This document shows, piece after piece, positions 52,820-64,000 of a DNA stretch of 64,000 nucleotides. The stretch is from contig NC_058383.1 in NCBI RefSeq assembly GCF_018350175.1, forward strand, positions 10,232,001-10,296,000, given 5' to 3'. The number at the start of each line of letters is the position of its first letter. Position 1 is the stretch's first letter. Below the pieces are notes generated by a model. The model was not told the DNA's origin and searched no databases. It was given only the letters and a program-made list of their open reading frames with translations. The DNA comes from Felis catus (taxonomy: Eukaryota). Made by a program: the position numbers and the translations under genes.

Positions 52820-55470
52820 ACATAGATTTAAAGTTATTTCACACACTCAGGAACGTGGGAAGCGTAATATAAGAAACCCCCATGGGACTCCATCACTCAG
52901 ATTTAGCAAATCTTTTGTGCCCCTTCACTATCCCATTCCCTTCTCTTCTTCCAGGGAACATTGTCCTAATGTGGATACGTCATCTTCCTGTTCAGGTTTT
53001 ATATTTTTGCTACTTACGTATACGTCCACTCACAATACGTAGATCTATTTGGCGTTTTAAACATTTTTACGTAAATGGTCTTCGATTGCACATACCATTC
53101 TCCAGTTTGCTTTTTTCATTGACCGTACGTCTTCAAAACTGACCCACGTTTCTACAAGAAGCTCCAGTTCATTCACTGTAACTGCTGTGTAGCATTTCGT
53201 CCTGCGCGTGTACCACAGTTTACCTCTCTTCTCTCCACGAGCATTTGGATTGCTTCCAACTGTTTTGCTATTACAAATACGATGCGAGGCACGTCCTTAT
53301 AAATGCCTACAGGTACATATGCCCGAGAGTTTCTTTGGAAGCGAATTGCTGGGTCGTAGGGTAAATGCACCTTGCGCCTTACCGGATATTGCCAGATGAG
53401 TCTCGAAAATTGTTGTGCTAATTGGCACTCCGTCCAGCATGTTGGAGACTTCCTATTGCACACCCCTGCCATACTGGCTAGAGTCAGACCCTTTATTGTT
53501 TGTGTTTGTGTTTGCTTTTGTTTTTGCCATTCTGCGGGTGGCAAGTGACATGTCATTATTTCGTGTGCCTTTCGCTGGTTATTGGTGACATCACACATCT
53601 TCCCGCTTGTTTATCACTCATTTCAGTGCTGTCTCTGTGGGCTACTTTATTGACGGAGTTTGCCTGGTTTTCTGTTGGAATGCTTGTCCTTTTCTTATTG
53701 ATTCATAGAATTTGTGTATTCTGAATGCTAATCATTTGTTGCAAATATCTTCTCCCAGACCCTGGCTTATCTTTTACCATTTTTACGGAGACTTTCGCCA
53801 CGTGGTTTCTTTTTTTCTCGTCCTAAAATACATTCAGTGAGGTCCTTAAAAGGCACATTGTGGGGCGCCTGGGTGGTGCAGTCGGTTAAGCGTCCGACTT
53901 CAGCCAGGGCATGATCTCACGGTCCGTGAGTTCGAGCCCCGCGTCGGGCTCTGGGCTGATGGCTCAGAGCCTGGAGCCTGTTTCCGGTTCTGTGTCTCCC
54001 TCTCTCTCTGCCCCTTGCCCGTTCATGCTCTGTCTCTCTCTGTCCCAAAAATAAATAAATGTTGAAAAAAAAATTAAAAAAAAATAAAAGGCACACTGTT
54101 TTTTGTCCAAAGATTTAATTTTTTTTCTTAAAGTTTATTTTGAGAGAGAGAGGGAGAGAGAGAGGGAGGGAGACAGCATGTGCATGTACGTGCACACGTG
54201 AGGGGAGGAGGGCAGAGGCAGAGGGAGAGAGAGAATCCCAAGCAGGCTCTGTGCGGTCAGCATAGAACATGACGTGGGGCTCGATCTCACAAACCATGAA
54301 ATCGTGACCTGAGCAGAAATCGTGAGTTAGATGCTTACCCGACTGAACGACCAAGGCGCCCCCGAGGGTTTTATTTTTAAGTAATCTCTACACCCAACAT
54401 GGGGCTTGAACTCACAACCCCAAGATCGAGAGTTGCATGCTCTACCAACTGAGCCAGCCAGGGGGCCCTAAAATGCACAAATCTTAAAAGGACAGCTTGA
54501 TGAAATATTTATGTTTGCACGTACCAGGAAACCACCACGCAAATCAAGAGAGAGAACATTTCCATAACCCCTGGTGTCCCTTCTTTTTCTGTCTCCCCAG
54601 AGATGGTCACCTCTTTCACCATTGATGACTGTTGCTTGTTTTGACATTTTGTATAAATAGAATCTGTGTGTATTCATCCATTTCTGACCCCTTTAACTCA
54701 AAGTGAGGTCCCTGCATGGTGTTGGGTGTGTCAGTATTTCGTTCACTTTTCATTGCTGTCTAGGATTCCGTTGTGTGAGTATGTCACAACTCATGTCCAT
54801 TCTTCTTTTGATGATGAGCAGGTGGTTTGTTTCCAATTGCTTTTCTGTTACACGTGAGCTGTTCCTTGTTTTGCAGGCACACACGCCTTGAGAATTCCTC
54901 TAGCAGTGGAAATGCTGGGTCCTAAGGTTTACACACCATCCACCTTAAGAGGTCTTGCCAAATGATTTTCTAAAATCGTTGTGCCAACCAACACTCTCTC
55001 CAGCATGTGGGCACGTTCTGTTGCTACACATCCCGGTAAATACTTGCTAGTGTCAGACTTTTAAACGTTTGTTCTTCTGTGGATGTGAAATGCTAACTTG
55101 TTACAATTTGCATCTGTCTGATGGCTAGTGAGGTTGAACACCCTTTTTTTTTAATGTTATTTTTGAGAGAGAGCACAAGTTGGGGAGGGGGAGAGAGGGG
55201 GACAGAAGATCCGAAGTGGGCTCCATGCTGACAGCAGCCAGCCCAATGTGGTGTGGGGCCCGAAGTCACAAACCCTGAGATCATGACCTGAGCCAAGGTT
55301 GGATGCCCAATTGACCGAGCCGTCCAGGCACTCCCCTCTCCTTTTTTAAAAATGCATTGAAGACCTTTTATAGATTCATTGGTCATTCCAACTTCTTCAT
55401 CTTATAAGATGCCAATTCATAGCCTTTGTCTGTCTTTTATTAGGTTGTCTTTTTCTTATTGATTTTGTTT
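52820..55470 (-). mobile_element. Old L1ME-like fragments, SINE-interrupted
   Basis: GGAAGCGAATTGCTGGGTCGTAGGG; TTGTTGCAAATATCTTCTCCCAG; TTTGCATCTGTCTGATGGCTAGTGAGGTTGAACA. Confidence 0.7.
53862..54084 (+). mobile_element. Young SINEC_Fc copy with TSD
   Basis: CpG-intact body; TSD TAAAAGGCACA(T/C)TGT. Confidence 0.85.
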
Positions 55471-55502
55471 AAATTTTTTAAAATGTTTTATTTATTTTTG
55501 AC

Positions 55503-55533
<31 letters not shown>

Positions 55534-58084
55534 GCATGAACGGGGGAGGGGCAGAGAGAGAGGGGGACACAGAATCCGAAGCAGGCTCTGGGCTCGGAGC
55601 TGTCAACACAGAGCCCGACGTGGGGCTTGAACCCACGATCCATGAGATCACGACCTGGGCCAAAGTCAGATGCTCAACCGACTGAGCCACCCAGGCACCC
55701 AGACTCATACTTATCTTTTTGACTTAAGTTACGCATTGCCAGTGTTTGTTGCTTTCAATAAAAATGATCACATCTAGCACGCCTGCTCTCTGCTCATGGC
55801 CATGCCTCTGGGGAGAATTTTCTGAGGGGTCACAGGCCCTGCCCTGGGAAGCCCGTCTGGGGTGGAAAAACATGACAACCTGGGGGTCCTGGCCCTGGAC
55901 GCCAGGGCTGGGCTGCGCTGGCAGAAACAGCCAAGGTGCCGTCCATTCCCGGGATTCTTGGACAGTGGGGTCCAACAGGACCTAGCCCTGGGCGTCTAAA
56001 ACCCAAGTCCTCAGCAGTGACCGCCCTGATTCGGGATCCCCTCCACCTTCGCTGCCTTATCTTCTTCCTTCTCTTTCCCTACGGAGCCTCTTCAACTGGC
56101 TACCTGGGAACTGGCTCTGGGCCAGCCGGGGCTGGCTGTGTCTCTGAGCAGGTCTCTACCCCCATTGGGTGCCGTGCTTTGCTGTGCGTTAGTGGTGGCG
56201 GGCCTCTTGGTGGGAACCTGGGACCCCCTGGACGTGCGTGCCCGTGTCTGTGGATGGTGGCTGTTTACTTCTGGGTGTGTGTGTGTTTGTGCTTGTGTGA
56301 GAGGGTGTGTGTTTCTCATCCAGGGAATCCACTGTGTTCCGGGCGTGCTCTGTCCCTTCCTGTGGGCGGCAGTGGGAGGTGGGAGGTGAGAGTGGCCAGG
56401 GTGGGGCTGGGGCTGTTTTCTCTCCGACTGGCCCGGCCCGGTTGGCTGCTTCTGGCTAATTCCAATGCTCTGTGGTGTCATGGAGCCTGGGAGTGAGGAA
56501 TGAGTCACTCCTCCCTCCCACCTGCCCGGGAAACTTCTTCCCTGTCCCCAGGGCCAGGTTTCACCAAAAGCCATAAAGAGGCCGTGCCCTGCTGGGGCTT
56601 CTTCCGTTTTTAGTCTACTGAAACCCAGCCTGGGGGCTGCCCTGAAGCTTTGCCAAAGGGCGGTGCCCGGATGAGACCCAGCCTTACTGGCACTAGGCGG
56701 CCTGAACCCGCCCCTCAGGGTTTTCCTCTCTCTGCACTGAGCCTTCCACTCTGGGCCTTGTCTGTTCCCCAAACTCTTTCTCCCCGGGGGGCCAGGGGAG
56801 GCTGCAGGTGGGGATCAGAGGCAGGGGCTTGGTGAGGGGCTGGAGGCAGGGTCCGGGAGATGGCCAGCTTGTCCTTGGCCGGGCTGCCTCTCCAGTCCAC
56901 CAACAAGTGAGCCAGGGTTTCATCAACCTTCCAGGTCCAGGTGGCAGGACTGTGGCTGCGGGGGTGATGGCTTGGGGGAGGGGAGGCAGGGGCTGTGACT
57001 CTGGAGTCCACGTCACCCAGGGGCCCCTGCCCACCCCCCTCCTGTTCTCAGGCTGGCACACAATCCTCTACCTACCCTCCTCCCTGCCCCTCTGGACGGA
57101 CAGCAGACCGCCCTCATCCCCAAGTTCATTTTTTAGGTTCACCCTTCTCAGACCCAGTCCCTCCCCTGCTCCTGGGGCCACCCCATCAGGTGTGGGCTGC
57201 CCCCTTCCTGTGGACCTCACTGTCTTGCCCTGGATGGTCACCTCTTCGCCCTTTGCTTCAGAGCTTCGGCCACACATGCTGTGCCCTCTGAGACACCCAA
57301 GGGCGCCCACTTCAGGGCTGCCCAGCCGAGGCCACCCTGGCCGCCCCTCCCCACCCCCGCGCTGGTCATCTTTTATTTAGCATCATGATGAAAAATCTGG
57401 GGAGCCATCTATGGGCTCCCCATTGGCACTGCACGCCCTCCCTTCACTGAACCCCACTGGGGGCACTTTTGAAAGCCCCATCGCACCTCCTCGGGTCACA
57501 GCTGTCCCTTCCTCTGCACCCACCAGAGCGCAGGAGAGATTTTCAAAACTCTGCTCCTAGGGCGCGCGGCCCCTCGGAGGCTGCAGTTCCCACAAGCAAA
57601 CACACGGGGGCGACTCGCGGGAGCGCTGCCGCAGGCCGGTGCGGCGGTGCGGCGGCGGGGCCCAACCCCCTGGGGGACAGATGGACAGCCGGAATTTCCA
57701 CTACCCTGCTGTGTTCCCGCACCCTTCACCCCAGCCAGGCCTGATCCCCTCCCGCGTGTCCACAGCCTGCCTACAGTTCTCAAAGGCAGGGCCTGTGGGG
57801 TTCTGAGTTTCTCCCCAGCTCCAGCGAGCTGGGGGTTCAGTGACATCTTGGAAACAAGCTGGAGCAGACCTGATGCTTGTGGTGGTGGTTACACACTCTT
57901 TGGCCCCCGTCAGTTCTGGGTTCACGTCCTGCCTGCGTCCCTGGGGAGATCTCCGAACTGCTCCAAGCTTCCGTTTCTTCGTGGGTAGAACGCGTCGCCA
58001 GCACCAAATCGTAGTTTCCTGGGGGTTAACAGCAGCTGCGTGCGGCCTGCCTGGCACCCGACAGGCAGTTGGGAAGTGCTAATT

Positions 58085-60780
58085 ACTGTTTTTCAAGCTG
58101 CTTCATTGAGATACAATTCACATACCATGTAAGCCGCCCATGTAAAGTGTATAATTCAGTGGGTTTTGAGTATATTTACAGTTAGGCAACCATCACCGCG
58201 GTTGTAGAACATTTCATCACCCCAAAGAGGCACCCCGTACCCTTTACCCCTGCCCCCACCCCGCCAGCCCTAAGCACTGACCTGTGTCCCGTCTCTATAG
58301 ATTTGCCTCTTCTAGACGTTTCTTGTCAACAGACTCGTACAATATGGGGCCTTTCTACCTGGTGTCTTGCACTTAGCACAGTGTTTTCAGGGTTCGTCTG
58401 TTGCGGTGTAGATCAGTGCTCCTTTCTTTCATGGCTAAAAGTAACCCCAGTGTAGGGACCTAGTCTGCTTTGTTGATGCATTCATCCGCTACTGGCCACT
58501 GGGGTTGCTTCCACCTTTTGGCTGTCAGAATAGAGCTGCTATGAGCATTTGGGGGAGTTACTCTTACCTGTAAGGCAGCAAGGCCTGAGCTCCCCGGCCT
58601 GTCCAGAGCATGGGGGAGAGAAGAGCTTGGGAGGCTTGCTTTGGTCCCAGAGGCCCCGGGGGGCTGTTTAGTTAGGTAGGACAGGGGGGGCCACTTCCCC
58701 ATCAGCAGGGGAGCCCAGGGTATCCCACACGCATGGGGGTCAGGAGAGGCCGGGGAATGAAGGCATTCCCCAAGGCCACAGGGCTGGGGACGCGGGGGCC
58801 AGGAGAGCCCTTGTATGTGTGTTTTCGGGAGGGGGTGGACAGTATCACGTGACCCAACCCTTGGGCAGCTCTGGGGCTCTGGCCTGCCAGGTGGCGGGAC
58901 GGGCTAGATGAAGAGGCCAGGCCTGAGCAGCTCCTGTCCCGCCTGCTGACTGTATCTCAGCGTCTCACCCCTGCCTGCCAGGCCCTGAGCGTCTGGGCTT
59001 CACAGACCCTCACCACACCTGCCTACCTTCCCCCCACCTCTCTGCCCCTCCTGCCCTCCGGGCCTCTGCTCCCTCCCCGTGCATGTGGTTCCCGGTGGGT
59101 CCCTCCTGTCCACCCTCCTGACGCGTCCCTTAATTTTTCTCCCAACTTTGTATCTTGCAAAAGTAAAACCTACAGAAAAGTTGCAAGAATAGCTCAGTGA
59201 ACGCTCACTCACCCTCCACCCAGGTTCACCACTTGCTAGCACTTTGCTCCATTTCTGCACTCCCTCTCCCCTCCCTACACACACACTTTTTTTTTCTGGG
59301 CGGTTCATGAGAGTTACACGAATACAGCATGACCGTTGACCGCCCAGTACTTCAACATAGGCATCTCCTAAAATGGGACGTTCCCCACCAGAGAGGTTCT
59401 GGAACATGAGCAGAACTGAGTACTGAGTCCTGCCTGCTGGCAACCCCAATGCCCCTTCACTGCCCAAGCATGAGCCAGGAAGGCTCCCTGGAGGAGGTGG
59501 GGCTTGGGCTCAGCTAGCTAGCTTGCCTTCTTTTTTCTTTTGTTTCTCAAATAGACTTTATTGGGGTGCTTGGGTGGCTCAGTCAGTTAAGCATGGACAC
59601 TTGGTTTTGGCTCAGGCCATGAACTCACGTCGAGCCCTGCATCAGGCTCTGTGCTAGCAGTGTGGAGCCTGCTTGGAATTGTCTCTCTCTCCCTCTCTCT
59701 CTCTGCCCTTCCCCTGTTCATGCTCTCTCTCTGTCTCAAAATACATACATAAACTTAAAAAATATAAAATAGGCTTTATTTTTTAGAACAGTTTTAAATT
59801 TAGAGAGAAATTGAGAAACATAGTACAGAGAGTTCCTGTATAACCCCCACACCCAGTTTTCCTATTATTTTTATTATTATTATTTTTTTAATGTTTATTT
59901 ATTTACTTTTGAGAGAGACAGAGAGTGAGCAGAGGAGGGGCAGAGGGAGAGGGAGACACAGAATCTGAAACAGGCTCCAGGCTCTGAGCTGTCAGCACAG
60001 AGCTCGACACTGGGCTCGAACTCATGAGCCGTGAGATCATGACCTGAGTAGAAGTGGGATGCTTAACCGACTGAGTCCCCCAGGCGCCCCCTGTTATTTT
60101 TTAAATTCAGTTTTTATTTTAATACCAACCAGTTTTCTTATTATTAACATCTTGCGTGAATGTGGCATATTTGTTCCAATTAATGAGCCAATATTGATAG
60201 ACCACTATTAACTAAGGCCCGTACTTTATTTTGCTTTCCAGTTTTTACCTAAGGGCCTTCCCCCTGCCCCCAGGATCCATCCAGGACACCCCATAACTTC
60301 CAGTCATTGTTTCTTCCGAGGCTTCTCTTGGCTGCGACGGTTTCCCAGGCTTTTCTTGTTTTTGGTGACCTTGACAGTTTTGAGGGGTCCCGATCAGATA
60401 TTTTGTAAGGTGCCCCTCTATTGGGATTTGTCTGGTGTTTTTCTCATGGTTATATTGGGATTGTTTTGGGGGGAGCAAGACCCCAGAGGCAAAGTGCTAT
60501 TGTTTTCACATACTACCAAGCGTGTATATTCCCAACATGGTTTATGGCTATTGATGTTGACCTTGATCACCTGGCTGAACGAGTGTATGTCAGATTCCTC
60601 TACTATAAACGTAGTCTTTTCTCCTCCTTCCCATACTGTCCTCTTTGGAAGAAAGTAACTCTGCAGCCCACACTTGAGGGGAAGGGGTAATGCTTCCCCT
60701 TAATGAAGGAGTAGCATTTATATATATGTTTTGAAAATTTTCTGCATGGGAGATTTCTCTTTCCCTCTATTTATTTATTC
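58085..60780 (-). mobile_element. L1M 3'-end fragments (58085-58550; 59130-60780)
   Basis: TTGAGATACAATTCACATACCAT...AAAGTGTATAATTCAGTGG; TTAATGAGCCAATATTGATA; GGGATTTGTCTGGTGTTTTTCTCATG. Confidence 0.7.
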
Positions 60781-62392
60781 AGTCATTTCTTTCTTTTTTT
60801 TTTTGGTTCATTTTATTTTTGAGAGAGCGAGAGAGCGAGAGAGTGCTAGCATTTCTTTTTTTTCTTTTTTCTTTCTTTCTTTCTTCTTCTTCTTTTTTTT
60901 TTTTTTTTTGGTTTATTTTATTTTTGAGAGACAGAGAGAGGGCGCTAGTGTGAGCAGGGGCCAGAGAGAATCCCAAGCAAACTCCGATGCAGGGCTCAAA
61001 CTCATGAACTGTGAGATCATAACCTGAGTTGAAATCAAAGAGTTAGAGGCCCAACTGAGTGAGCCACCCAGGCGCCCCTCAATCACTTATTTCTATTAAT
61101 ATCTGCTTTCTTTTATTCACTCTTATCCAGTAAAACTAGTAATTCAGGGGGCATCTGGGTGGCTCCGTGAAGTACGCAACTTTGGCTCAGGTCATGATCT
61201 CACCGGTCATGAGTTCGAGGCCCCACAACGGGCCCTGTGCTGACAGCTTGGAGCCTGGACCCTGCTTCAGATTCTGTCTCCGTCTCTCTCTGCCCCTGCC
61301 CCGCTCATGCTCTGTCTCTGTCTCTCTCTCAAAACTAAATAAACGTTAAAAAAAATACTAGTAATTCAGTAGCTAGATGTTGATGCTTGTTCAGAGACAC
61401 ACGGGCTCTTCTTGGAGAGTCAGAGAAGAGTAGGTGGTCATCTCACCGTCGAGGAACCTAGCCTAGCGTGGGAGGGCTGGGGGGCGGGAGGCAGAGACCA
61501 CATTCACGCAGTGTGGCAGGTGCTCTGATGGGGTGATCACAAGCGTGTGGGTGAGCCAGCAGGCTATGGCCTTAGAGCTGGGCTTTGAAGGAAGGGACAG
61601 GCTTTGCTGTGCAGCAAAATGATGAGTGTGCTCAGGGTGTGGTGATAAGGGACGAGAGGCTGGCGGACACGGTGGCCAGCCAGGACATTAGGACATTAGG
61701 ATATGTGGCAGGAGAGGAAGGCTGGGCCAGACTAGGGTAGACTTTAGGGGTCCCTGGGGTCGGGACTTCATCTCGCTCACTCAGGACACCCGGGAAGGCT
61801 TCTGGGCAGGGCCAGTGTGTGTCTCAAGGTCACTGTGACCTTGGTGTGGAGGGGGAAGCTGGAGAAGCTCTCCTTGAGCTTGACCCCAAGGTAGAAGCCG
61901 AGGTCAAGAAGAACTAGGATTTGGTGTTCTGGAGCGGAGACAGACAGGGAGGATGGGGGAGAGGTGCCTTCCTTTGGAGGCAATGACTTAGGGGGCATGT
62001 GACAGAGGAAAGGCCCTACGGTGTGGTCCGCCAAGCACTGTTCCCAGGAACAGAAGGCGATAAACTTTTAGGTGATGGCTGCCTGGTTCCTGGTCAATGA
62101 TTTCTGATCCCCCCTCCCCCCCCCACCACGTGTAGCTGGGAGGCCCCTGAGCCCCAGGCCCTGGAGGGGCCACTGGGCCTGGAGGCTGGAGGTTTCCATG
62201 GCAACCGGGGCCTGGCAATGGCTGATGGGACCAGGAGGGACCTGTGGGTGTCTAGGTGTGTGTGGGGAGCTTCATACTTCCTGGGTGGGGAGGCCTGGCC
62301 TGGGGAGGTTGCGGGGGTGGAGAGCCGCGGGGTGAGGGTAGTGACACCAAGCTGGCATCTGCGGCTCCCCCAGCCCTGCTGGGGAGAAGCAG

Positions 62393-62394
<2 letters not shown>

Positions 62395-62432
<38 letters not shown>

Positions 62433-62749
62433 AGGAGGGAGGGAGGAGGGATGGGGGAGGGAGGGAGGAGGGACGGGGGAGGGAGGGAGGAAGGATGGGG
62501 GAGGGAGGGAGGAGGAACGGGGGAGGGAGGGAGGAGGGATGGGGGAGGGAGGGAGGAAGGATGGGGGAGGGAGGGAGGAGGAACGGGGGAGGGAGGGATG
62601 GGGAGGGAGGGAGGAGGGATGGGGAGGGAAGGAGGAGGGACGGGGGAGGGAGGGAGGAGGAACGGGGGAGGGAGGGATGGGGAGGGAGGGAGGAGGGATG
62701 GGGAAGGGAGGGAGGGAGGAGGGAGGGAGGAGGGATGGGGGAGGGAGGG
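62395..62749. repeat. (GT)n followed by a G/A-rich minisatellite
   Basis: (GT)~18 at 62395-62430, then degenerate ~20-24 bp units of the GGAGGAGGGA(T/C)GGGG(G)AGGGAG type to 62749. Confidence 0.92.
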
Positions 62750-64000
62750 CATTCACTGGTGCTGCAGGTGGATACTTGGGCTCACGCCAAAAGTTCAAAC
62801 CATGTAGGTTAAGCCGGGCCATAAAAAGAACATTGAAAAACAAAAAAGTTCAAACCTAACCACAAGCGTGGCTGCTCCTGGCTCCCCACCTCCTGCCACC
62901 CAGCTGATGGGGCAGGTCGGGACGCGTGCCCTTCCTTGGGGCTAGACCCATCCGCAGCTGGGAGCCGGCGGGGGGTGAGGGCCGCTGGCTGGGCTGGGTC
63001 AGTGGGTGCATCCGGCGGTAGGACCAAGATCTGGCAGCTGGACTTGAGGGGCCCGAGGAGGCCAGGGGTCTGCGGGTGGGGTCCACCCCATCCATGCCAG
63101 AGGCAGGAGAAAGTCTGAGAGAGGCCCGGAAGGCCGGGCCTGGGGGCCTCCACACCGGGAGGGAGGGGTAATGTGATCTCTGAATCACCTGGGGTTGGGG
63201 CTTGATGCCATTTAGGATCCTTAGACTTCTGGTTTTGTCCTTGGCCTGTCACTCCTGACTCACAGGCTGCCTGGGAGTCCCCAGGTCGGCCTGCTGGTTT
63301 CTTTCTCCCCCTCGGTGTGTCATAGAAGCAGAGACAGCTTCTCTGCTTGTCGTCAGCAGGTGCGTGCCCTGCCCAGGCTGCTTGGAGAGCAAGGGTGCCA
63401 GGTTCCAGAGTCCTCTGAAGCTCCCACCAGGGGGTGGAGAGGAAGCCGGGTGGGACGGCTCCAGCCCGGGCCCACTGGAGACAGCGCCAGGCCTCGCCCA
63501 GGGCTAGCGGGTTGCTCTGGGGGTCCTGGCTGGTTCTGGGTCAAAACACCCCTCTTCCCCCCACCCCTGTGAAACCCTGCCTCCCGTGCCCTGAGGGTCC
63601 CCCTGAAAGCAGGACAGCCCTCTCTCTCTTCCCCCACGCTGGCCCAGGTACCTCCCCACGAGTCACAGCTGGCCAGGCCTGCCCTTGCTCAAAGCCTGTC
63701 CGTGGTTCCCCTGTGCCTCCAGGCTCCTGAACTTGGCACTCAAGGCCTCCCCTGATGTGCCCAACTTGATTTCCAGCCCAGCCCCATCAACTGCCGGCAC
63801 CAGACTCCACAAGCGCCCCCACCGGAGGCCCTCCTCTCTTACCTATCCCCCTCCCCCTGGGTGTAGAAAGATCCATCCCAGCACCCTCCCTCCCCCCCAC
63901 CGCCTTTTGCAGAGCTCTTTCTTCATAGACTTCTAATCTTTTACTCACCCTTCAGGTCTCCTCTCCACTTGCCACCTCCTCCAGGAAGCCTGCTGTGGGC

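Noticed and set aside
62094..62859. Pro-rich and Gly/Glu-rich ORFs
   Set aside because: Translations of the purine-rich minisatellite.
63424..63436. Isolated CTCF-like CCACCAGGGGGTG (also CLEAR-like TCACGTGAC at 58845)
   Set aside because: Single short motifs in GC-rich DNA are expected by chance, and there is no supporting context.
33200..64000. CLDN4 or other protein-coding genes distal to CLDN3
   Set aside because: No claudin signature or credible exon seen; CLDN4 should lie beyond the window.

Overview
Mammalian, carnivore and most likely felid genomic DNA (about 60 tRNA-derived CAN-SINEs of the SINEC_Fc type). It is orthologous to part of the Williams-Beuren 7q11.23 block. Two intact genes lie on the minus strand: six-exon ABHD11 (304 aa, 10749-12835) and single-exon CLDN3 (218 aa, 31820-32476). 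Tail-to-tail with ABHD11, on the plus strand, three phase-compatible exons (9928-9997, 10228-10348, 10432-10578) encode an open BICD-related C-terminal cargo/Rab-binding coiled coil. This is the locus known in human as the lncRNA ABHD11-AS1/BICDL3P, and the two genes have back-to-back poly(A) signals. The rest is repeat-rich: L2, MIR, old L1M, a MER47/Tigger element, MLT LTRs and an ERVL remnant. A degenerate ~7 kb ERV1-type provirus abuts the CLDN3 promoter, with a related solo LTR nearby. Other features are a perfect 141-bp inverted duplication, an orphan CpG island and several candidate epithelial enhancers. Repeat family names and comparisons with human/mouse proteins come from recall, not from searches.
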